From the NCBI GenBank assembly GCA_964035545.1, contig OZ037773.1, positions 10,631,751 to 10,695,750 of the forward strand: a stretch of DNA of 64,000 bases. Direction: 5' to 3'. This document shows, piece by piece, positions 30,862 through 41,919 of this stretch. The notes beneath the pieces are model-generated. The model ran no database searches, was not told the DNA's origin, and was given only the letters and a program-made list of their open reading frames with translations. A program made the translations under genes and the position numbers. Position 1 is the stretch's first letter; every line of letters begins with the position of its first letter. The DNA comes from Bugula neritina. Taxonomy: Eukaryota; Animalia; Bryozoa.

Positions 30862-32950
30862 ATATGAATATTATAATTAGTAATATTAATAAAATTAAAC
30901 AATATTAAAAATAAATCCCTAAATAGTGAAATACAAATGAACCTCAACCAGTAAATCATTAGTTATTAATATAATTAAAATTAGTATTACAAATATTTTT
31001 AATCTAATTTTAAATTTTATCAATATACTATTAGTATTAGTATTACTATATTTATTAATTATTAAATACTACTACTAGTATCCATCTATGTTATTTACTA
31101 TTTAGTAATAGCTTTTAGTTTTACACTTACAGTTAGTGTTACTGTTACTATTACAATTGGTATTAGACTATTACTATTAGTATTAGTATTACTATTACTA
31201 TTAGTATTAGTGTTACACTCACTCTTAGTCTTACAGTTTGAGTTACACTTACAGTTAGAGTAAGAGTTCCTAAGAGTAAAATTAAAACTAAGACTCTTAG
31301 TCTGTTAGACTAAGTCGTCTTAGTCTTACTCTAGTAAGAGTAAGAGTAAGACTAAGAGTAAGACGACTTTCACGAGTTAGTCTTACAGTTACACTTACAG
31401 TAACAGTTACTGTTAGTGTTACTGGTTACAGGCTAAAGCTTTTTGTTTACACACTAACTCACAGCTTCACTTCCACTTACCTCCAAAAAAGATGGTTATA
31501 ATAATATTTTTATATTTGATTCATATTTATCTTAAAACAATATTTGCAATACAATTTTTTTTTCATGTAAGATATTGGTAACAATGATAACTAGTTAAAA
31601 TTACAAGTTCAACGCGAATCAAAACGACAACCCCAATCCTTTTTTCAAAAATACTATGACGTTCCAATACAGCAATGATCTTAGGAAAATAAATTTGAAT
31701 TCGTCATCATGTTAAAGTGCGGAGTTCACATTGCGAAAACTGTAATGTGTTAGACTGTGATCTAATTTTCAAAACAACTTTTACATTTGTAACATATAAA
31801 AAGCAGAAAAATAGAATAGTGGGCAAATGCTTATATATTGCTTGAAGTAGCACCAAGTTGGTAGACACTGAGTGCAGTAGTTTGAGGGCCGCAAGTTGGC
31901 AGTTTGAAGTTCGGGCAACGATGTGTATACAAACGCAGCACGCAGTCACCCCCCACCTTGGTGCTGCTTCTAGTTCTAGCGATATAACATTTGGTGTAAC
32001 GCATGTCAGAAGATTATAAATTTAATAATTACTGTAACTGTTAGCTGTAGAACTAAAGTCTAAAAGTAAATGGTCTTCTAGATTGTACCTCTGTTGAGAG
32101 CTCACTTTTAGTAATGATATTATTATATACACTCACGCCCACAGTTATACAAATTTAGGACTAAGTTTAGTACAATCTAAGTCTACAGCACTGAACAGTG
32201 AACTAGTAGTAGTACTACTACTACTACTACTAGTACTAGTAGTACTAGTAGTAGTAGTAGTAGTAGTACTACAGTCTTAGTCTACGACTACAATAATTGA
32301 AAATGTAATATAATAATAAATATGAACAATAATTATGATACTAATTTTAATTACTAATCTATAATTAGTAATTATTAAAATTTGAATTGATTATTAGTAT
32401 TACATTTTAATTTTTATTTGGATTACGTATTAGTATAACTATAGTATTAGTATTACTATTACTTATTAGTATTAGTATCAGTCATTAAATTTTATTTAGT
32501 TTTAGTTATGATACTAACTGAGTAACTCTAAGTTTAGTCCTAATAGTAAAAGTTAAACTTTATGTTATACTAATACTAATAGTAATAGTAATACTAATAC
32601 CAATAGTAATACTAATAGTAGTATTTAATTATTTAATAGTAATAGCAAATTTTACTTTGAGTAATCAACCAATTTCAATTTGATCACCCAACTCCAAGTG
32701 ATTAAGTTTAACTATTACATTTATTATTGCTTTACAATTACTATTAGTAAATTAGTGTTACAGTTATTTACAATATCATTATGATTATTGTTAAAAATTT
32801 AAGCACTTGGTATATTGTTAACTATAAGTATAAGGCCGAAGGATACCCTCAGAAATTCACATTAGATTATTCACTTACAGTTGTTCATAGACTTAGACTT
32901 TCACTTTAGCTCATTTTGATTTCTGAGTTGTGTCAAGTTTTAGACTGAGA

Positions 32951-34488
32951 ATGGATGACCAGAGGTTCAAAGGCATTGCCACTGATGCGAGGTTCAGGCC
33001 TCTGCCTTCAAGATTCAGGAAGGTGAAAATAGATGATAGGTTCAAAGGAATGTTCACAGAAAAGCGTTTTAAAATGAAGTGTACAGTCGATGAAAGGTGC
33101 GTCTGCTTTGATAGCTTGGCTACTATCCAAAATATTTCTATACTAGTGTTGCCCATATATTATAATGCTACTAGTATCACTACGAGTCATGTTGTATTAC
33201 TAGTAGTATTACTACAAGTCATATTATAATACTACTAGTATTATTATAGTCATATTATATTATTAGTAATACTACAAGTCATATTGTATTACTATTATAT
33301 ATTACATCACTTTCTCAGAGGTCGACCTGTCAAGTTATCTTCAAACAAACATCTAAGGAAGTTTTATGAACTCTCCTCGTCAGAAGATGAGGATGTAGAT
33401 GGAGAGACCGGCAAGGGTGATCTGCAGGAAGATGAAGAGACTGGCAAGGATGATCTGCAGGAAGGTGTAGCAGAAATATCAACAGAAGATGCGGGAATAG
33501 AATCTACTGAGAGAAAAGGGGAAATGGTAGACAGAGAATCTGCAACTAATAAGCAGGTGAGAGAGAGAGAGAGATGTCAGGTGAGAGAGAGATGTCAGGT
33601 GAGAGAGAGATGTCAGGTGAGAGAGAGATGTCAGGTGAGAGAGAGATGTCAGGAGAGAGAGAGAGATGTCAGGTGAGAGAGAGACTAAACTCTGTGTCTA
33701 ATGCGTGTCTCTTTCCTTCACTTGTAGAGCTTGCAAAAAAGAGAGAGGAAGAGAAAAAAGAAACGAGCTAACTTGGCTGAAGATGAAAGCAAAATCCTCA
33801 GTAGTGGTTAGTTTCTTTTGAGACACAGTGACTGGTTAATGAATATGTAGATAGTATAGTATACTGAAGTAGTGACTGGATAATGAATATGTAGATAGTA
33901 TAGTATACTGAGGTAGTGACTGGATAATGAATATGTAGATAGTATAGTATACTGAGGTAGTGACTGGTTAATGAATATGTAGATAGTATAGTATACTGAA
34001 GTAGTGACTGGATAATGAATATGTAGATAGTATAGTATACTGAAGTAGTGACTGGATAATGAATATGTAGATAGTATAGTATACTGAGGTAGTGACTGGA
34101 TAATGAATATGTAGATAGTATAGTATACTGAGATAGTGACTGGTTAATGAATATGTAGATAGTATAGTGTACTGAGATATAGTGTACTGAGGTAGTGTTA
34201 CAGATGAGAGCGACGAAGAGGAAGAGAAGGAGATAACTCCCATGTTAGACTATGCTCGGGGTGTGGTTATGATGTCCAGCAGCAGTGAAAGTGAAGATAG
34301 CGGAGATGAAGAAGGTATGTGCAGCATCCTAGTCATAGTGACAGTGGCAGCAGTAGTAGTACTTGTAGTAGTGGTACTAGTAGTAATAGTAGTAGTGGTA
34401 GTAGTAGTGGTAGTGGTAGTAGTAGTAGTGGTAGTGGTAGTAGTAGTAGTAGTACTACTAGTAGTGGTAGTAGTAGTAGTAGTAGTAC

Positions 34489-34536
<48 letters not shown>

Positions 34537-37500
34537 CAGGAAGAGTAGGTATTTCACAATGCGTTGTGATGTAACTTCCTGTTTGCTATAGCTATCCCGT
34601 ACGACCAGGAAGCACACGATGACCACTATTGGGGGGAACACGATGAGGACGCCGAGACAACAGAGGAGGCAACTTCTCGACTGGCCATCCAGAACATGGA
34701 CTGGGATAAGATCAAGGCGTATGACCTCTACATGCTTCTCAACTCCTTCAAGCCTCCTTCTGGCTCAGTGAAATATGTCAAGGTTACTCTTCTACCAACC
34801 TTATGCCTCTCTCTAGTGTCTCTCTCTAATACCCTGCTATTCTCTCTCTAGTGTCTCTCTCTAATACCCTGCTATTCTCTCTCTAATATCTTACTATTCT
34901 CTCTCTAATATCCTGCTATTCTCTCTCTAATACCCTGCTATTCTCTCTCTAATATCCTGCTATTCTCTCTCTAATACCCTGCTACTCTCTCTCTAATACC
35001 CTGCTATTCTCTCTCTAATACCCTGCTATTCTCTCTCTAATATCCTGCTATTCTCTCTCTAATACCCTGCTATTCTCTCTCTAATACCCTGCTATTCTCT
35101 CTCTAATACCCTGCTATTCTCTCTCTAATACCCTGCTATTCTCTCTCTAATACCCTGCTATTCTCTCTCTAATACCCTGCTATTCTCTCTCTAATACCCT
35201 GCTATTCTCTCTCTAATACCCTGCTATTCTCTCTCTAATACCCTGCTATTCTCTCTCTAATATCCTGCTATTCTCTCTCTAATATCCTGCTATTCTCTCT
35301 CTAATACCCTGCTATTCTCTCTCTAATATCCTGCTATTCTCTCTCTAATATCCTGCTATTCTCTCTCTAGTGTCTTGCTATTCTCTCTCTAATACCCTGC
35401 TATTCTCTCTCTAATATCCTGCTATTCTCTCTCTAATACCCTGCTATTCTCTCTCTAATACCCTGCTATTCTCTCTCTATTGTGCAGATCTATCCAAGTG
35501 AGTTTGGTAAGCAGAGAATGCAGGAAGATGATGTAATGGGGCCAAAAGAATTGAAAAAGTCTTCACTAAACGACGCGGGAGAAGCAGAAGGAAAACTGAA
35601 GTCTCTCACTGAGAAAGGTTAGCTGTAGAGTCAGCATAGAGCTGTGTTAGTGCTGCCTGTACTGGTATATACTGTATGTTAACATATACCTGTATGTTAA
35701 CAGATCAGAAGAAGGCCATGTTGGAGAACCTGAGGCAGTACCAACTCAACCGTCTCAAGTATTACTACGCCGTTGCTGAGTTCGACTCTCCTGAAACTGC
35801 TAATCATATCTACACTCAGTGTGACGGGCAGGAGTACCTGGCATCCTGCACTCAGCTCGACCTCAGGTCAGTAGGTCACCTCAGGTCGGTAGTTCACCTC
35901 AGGTCAGTAGGTCACCTCAGGTCGGTATTTCACCTCAGGTCAGTAGTTCACCTCAAGTCGGTAGTTCACCTCAGTAAAACTCACTCTCGCCTCTGTTTCA
36001 GATTTATTCCGGATGAGATGGAGTTTGTGGAAGAGGAGGTCAAGGAGACAGCCAATCACGTGCCAGAGAATTACGAGCCAAAGTTCTTTATAAACCCCGC
36101 ACTGGGCCAGTCACTGGTACGGTGTCTTGTATACTCTATTCTCTCCCTGTGTGTGTTATATCTATATAGTATATAGTATATACACTATATACTATATATA
36201 CACTATATTACACACAGGTAAGGTACACTATATACTACATATACACTATATTACACACAGGTAAGGTACACTGTACACTATATATACACTATATTACACA
36301 CAGGTACGGTGCACTATATACTACATATACACTATATTACACACAGGTAAGGTACACTATATATACACTATATTACACACAGGTACGGTGCACATGGGAC
36401 GACAATGCACCTGACCGATACAGCATGCTCAACAAGAAGTACAAGTCAGATGATCTGGAGCAGCTCGATATGAATGCCTACTTAGCATCTGAGTCTGAGC
36501 ACTCAGGTCTGTCTGTCTGTCTGTCTATATATATATGTGTGTCTGTCTCTCTATATATGTGTGTCTGTCTGTCTGTCTCTCTATATATGTGTGTCTGTCT
36601 GTCTGTCTGTCTATATATATGTGTGTCTAATACTAGTATTATGTAGATGATAGTGAATACTGATACTAGTATTATGTAGATGGCAGTGAATACTGATACT
36701 AGTATTATGTAGATGGCAGTGAATACTGATACTAGTATTATGTAGATGGCAGTGAAGGAGAAGGCACAGCAGCAGTGGACAAGGATGCTGCTCATCATAG
36801 TAGTAAGGTGAATAAAAAGGCAAAGATGTCTAAAGAAGAGAAGAGAAAGCAGCTGGAAGTTGGTAGGTATCAGTATATACTATATAGTTGTGTTGTATAC
36901 GACAGTAGAGGTGATATTGAGCTCTCTATTCAATCTCTACAGAAACTGTTGCTGAGAAGAGTGATTCAGATGGAGACGAAGTGTCAATGAACAAGTACAG
37001 ACAACTTCTACTTGGTGAAGGAGGCAACTCCAAAGTTGATAAAAATGAAGACAGTGATGCATTCGTTGACCTTGAAGTCACGTGGGATACGGGTATGTAC
37101 TATAATGAGATGCAGCTGTTTAGTAAATGCCTTGTGATTAGCTGGTGAGTTAGTATATGTCTTGTGATTGGCTAGTGAGTTAGTAGATGTCTTGTGATTG
37201 GCTGTTTAGTAAATGTCTTGTGATTGGCTAGTGAGTTAGTACATGTCCTGTGATTGGCTAGTGAGTTAGTAGATGTCTTGTGATTAGCTGTTTAGTAAAT
37301 GTCTTGTGATTGGCTAGTGAGTTAGTAGATGTCCTGTGATTGGCTGGTGAGTTAGTAGATGTCCTGTGATTGGCTGGTGAGTTATTATATGTCCTGTGAT
37401 TGGCTGGTGAGTTAGTAGATGTCCTGTGATTGGCTGGTGAGTTAATAGATGTCCTGTGATTGGCAGGTCTGAAGGAGTCTGCAGAAGATATCCTGAAAAA

Positions 37501-39858
37501 GAAATCTAAAAGTAGTAAACTGAAAGATAGCGAGAAGTCCGTGTTTGAGAGAGATCGTGAAAAGAAGAGGGAAAAGGCCAAACTGCGTAAGCAGAAGGAT
37601 AAAGAGTCAAGTAAAACTTCTTTAGTGGAAAAGGTATTCAGTTCTATATAGTAGATAGTGTATAGTTATATATAGTGTATAGTTATATATAGTGTATAGT
37701 TATATATATAGTGTATAGTTATATATAGTGTATAGTTATCTATAGTGTATAGTTATATATAGTGTATAGTTATATATAGTGTATAGTTATATATAGTGTA
37801 TAGTTATATATAGTGTATAGTTATATATAGTGTATAGTTATATATAGCGTATAGTTATATATAGCGTATAGTTATATATAGTATATAGTTATATATAGTG
37901 TATAGTTATCTATAGTGTATAGTTATATATAGTGTATAGTTATATATAGTGTATAGTTATATATAGTGTATAGTTATATATAGTGTATAGTTATATATAG
38001 TGTATAATTATATATAGTGTATAGTTATATTATATAGTGTATAGTTATATATAGTGTATAGTTATATATAGTGTATAGTTATATATAGTGTATAGTTATA
38101 TATAGTGTATAGTTATATATAGTGTATAGTTATATACAGTGTATAGTTATATATAGTGTATAGTTATATATAATGTATAGTTATATATAGTGTATAGTTA
38201 TATATAATGTATAGTTATATATAGTGTATAGTTATATATAGTGTATAGTTATATATAATGTATATGATACTATTTTTAGAAGGCAGATGCAGAATTTACA
38301 ATGGAGGACACTGTGCAGGTGTGTTTATTGTCTTTTCTTGGTATATATTCTATATACTATACTCTATATACTATACTCTATATACTATACTCTATATACT
38401 ATACTCTATATACTATACTCTATATACTATACTCTATATACTATACTCTATATACTATACTCTATATACTAAGTACTCTATATACTACACTCTATATACT
38501 ATACTCTATATACTATACTCTATATACTATACTCTATATACTATACTCTATATACTATACTCTATATACTATACTCTGTATACTATACTCTATATACTAT
38601 ACTCTATATACTATACTCTGTATACTATACTCTATATACTATACTCTATATACTATACTCTATATACTATACTCTGTATACTATACTCTATATACTATAC
38701 TCTATATACTATACTCTATATACTATACTCTGTATACTATACTCTGTATACTATACTCTATATACTATACTCTGTATACTATACTCTATATACTATACTC
38801 TATATACTATACTCTATATACTATACTCTGTATACTATACTCTATATACTATACTCTATATACTATACTCTATATACTATACTCTATATACTATACTCTA
38901 TATACTCTACTCTATATACTATACTCTATGGTATATAATATTATTTTGAAGGCATTCTCTGATGATGACATACCAGACGGTTTTGACATTCAAACTTCAA
39001 TGAAATCAGTTAAAAAGGAATCAAAGAAAAGAAAGAGAAAGCCTGAGATCTCTGGAGATAACCCAGTAGTAGGGGTGGTGAACGTACGTACCTTACTCTA
39101 CTGTTGGTGATGTAGTGTAGACTGCGGGTGGTGCGTTCAGGTTACTGCTGTGTGTTGTAGCCCGACCTTGACCTTCTAGTAGCAGAAGACAAGGAGCTGG
39201 GAGGGAGGAAACACTTCAACATGAAGGATATCATGGAGAGTGAGAACATGAGTAAGAGTAAGCGGAGACGTAAACTGAAGAAGAATCAGCTGAAAGAGAT
39301 TGACGATGATTTCCAGGTGAGTAATGAGAGTATATCTGTTAGTAGTATATCTGTTAGTAGTATATCTGTTAGTAGTATATCTGTTAGTAGTATATCTGTT
39401 AGTAGTATATCTGTTAGTAGTATATCTGTTAGTAGTATATCTGTTAGTAGTATATCTGTTAGTAGTATATCTGTTAGTAGTATATCTGTTAGTAGTATAT
39501 ATACATATCTATACTTCTGTTGCAGATTGACGTAGAGGACAAGCGGTTCTCAGCCCTATACTCCTCCCACCTGTACAACATCGACCCCTCCTCTCAGGAG
39601 TACCGTAAAACCAAGGCTATGCAGTCTCTGGTGAATGAGAAACAGAGGCTAGTGGCAAACAAGCAGCAAAGATTTGCCAAGACTGATAAACAGTCAGTAG
39701 ACTCAGCTCCCACCTCCCTCCATGCAGATAGTACGAGGGCTGGCAACAGCTTCTCTAACATAGTCAAGGCAGTCAAGGCCAACACCAAACTACACTCACA
39801 AAAACAGTCTACTAAGCCAACTGCATTCAAATATACAAAATCTAAATCTAATGGCTGA
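32951..39858 (+). CDS. ESF1: ESF1 nucleolar pre-rRNA processing protein; 16 coding exons: 32951-33096, 33319-33556, 33728-33806, 34204-34314, 34592-34782, 35488-35617, 35704-35866, 36002-36116, 36383-36506, 36746-36862, 36943-37092, 37467-37633, 38280-38318, 38952-39083, 39161-39316, 39526-39858
   Basis: [24 protein letters not shown]...VDERGRP; [38 protein letters not shown]; [15 protein letters not shown]; DLRFIPD; TWD; KYRQLL; KHFNM; NUC153 motif [24 protein letters not shown] ~39946. Exons 13-14 are less certain. Confidence 0.95.
34805..35480 (+). repeat. 22-bp pyrimidine-rich array x~30 (ctctaataccctgctattctct), ESF1 intron 5
   Basis: Fills the intron up to the acceptor. Confidence 0.95.
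37112..38928. repeat. ESF1 intron 11-13 arrays: 30-bp (37112-37464), 18-bp (37655-38262), 17-bp (38349-38928)
   Basis: Direct inspection. Confidence 0.92.
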
Positions 39859-41919
39859 TGAAATGTTTACAGGATTTTAAATTTCCGTTATATTATTTTA
39901 TTTGCTATATTCTGCAATCTAGTACTAATTTTGTCTAGAAATGGTAATAAACTTATTCTCATCTACTCACCTGATGTGTGTTAGTCACTAATGCTATCCT
40001 GCATTCTCAATACACAAGCTATATTCCACTCTTTAGCTACACATATACAGTTGAATAGCTGTCACCAGCATATAGCAATACACTATTTAGTATGCTACCA
40101 GCTACTGACAATAATTCCTAGCTGAGAGAGACTGTACAAGGATTTGTTTACTAGCAGCTTATTGTTATGCATCTGTAAGTAGTTACGCAGTATTTATATG
40201 GTAGTAATGTATAATATACTATTTCTCTTGGCAAAAATGGTTTGCCTGTGTAATGATATAAGAATAATACTACTTATACTACACGTGATTGGAAAACAGT
40301 GCTATGTATTGTATGAATAACACAAATTAATGATAAACACATATTGAAGTAAAACAACTGACCATCAGTGTATTTCAGTACATTTTTATTTATTATTTTT
40401 ACCTATTCAGTATATTATTATGTGCAAAAATTTATGTTAAAGTGTCATGTTAGCCCTGCGTACCTAGTTTGCTCTAGAGTCCCTAGTCCCAGGTGCATTT
40501 AGTTCACAGCTATCACAGTGCTATATCTGTAGTAACATAACTCCAATAACAACAGAACCGTAGTTCTGCAAAAGTATATAATTATTATAAGGATTTCACA
40601 ATTAGGCCAAGTTAAAGTTCTGTAAAAGCCGAGAACTCGCTTGATGCAGCATAAATTCTGGGGCTACTGACTGCTATAACTCATTGAGATTTTTGATCTG
40701 GGGTCAGAGTTCAAAAAGTGATGATTATTTACTTAGCGACCCGCAACTTTGCACTGCATTTAGCAGTCTTTGACACACAGACATTGGCTCGAGAGATAAT
40801 AGCCTTCGATTATTAAATTAATTCAATATAATGCAGCAATTATTAACGTGTGCATATACAAAACTTTTATTTGTTGAAAACAAGCTGACGCGCGGGCAAA
40901 AGAATGTTGCAGACGATTTCCTGCTCAACAAACTTGTTAATCATTCCAAGTTCACGATATGGTCGGTTCTTCCTGCAAAGCCAGATGTAAGGGATCAAAA
41001 AAAATTATTTGCACTTGGATATTGAATTCACTAAATGTAATATTATAATTATACTGTAAACTATTAGTTGCACTGAATTACTATTATAATTATACCTAAA
41101 ACTGAACTTTTTATTTAAAGATTTGTTTCAATTAGAATTACATACAATTATTATTAATATTAATATTATTAATTATTATTATTATTATTAATATTTTTAG
41201 TTGAATTATATCAAATTAAAATAAACTTAAATTTATCAAACTCAGTTATTAATACTTAGACTGTCATTGGTAGTGATATTAATACAAAGCAAGTATCAAG
41301 AACTTCTTGCATGGTGATTAGCTTAAGTTAATCAACTACTGTCATTCTTTTACTAATACTAATGCTAAGACTTCGACTATTTAGTAATACTGGCAGACAT
41401 TGATATGTTTACAATTATATAAGTTACATACTTATAGTCTAATAGAAATAGTAATACTACTAAATAGTAATTTTATAACTGTCACAGTGGCAAGATCTTA
41501 TAAATTAATTGGTCATCATTTTGTTGGTAGCCCCTTGTAGTAGTTGTAACCTTATCATTTTCATTATCATGTATTTAATTTCATATTATTATTATTTATA
41601 AACTATCAGTATATTCATAACATTAGCGTTGATTTATAATCAATATAATTAAATAATTTTTAAAAATGTCTATAACAATAAACTTAATTCTGATTTCTGT
41701 TGAACTTGTCCTCTTTTCTTTTTACTAGAGATATATAGGTTTAAAGTATAGTTTCAAGTTTGAAAACATGTTTCAGCAAATAACTAGATGCAAATGGGCA
41801 GACACTATAATAATGTTGTACAATCTGTATGCAAATATACATTTAAAACTTGCTTATCAGTGTAATTTGTGATATCAACTGTCTGATATAAATATAATAT
41901 TGTTTGTTAGAAAGTCATA

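Noticed and set aside
31115-31430. Interstitial telomeric repeat
   Set aside because: Hexamers start TTA but are never TTAGGG; the fifth base is A/T.
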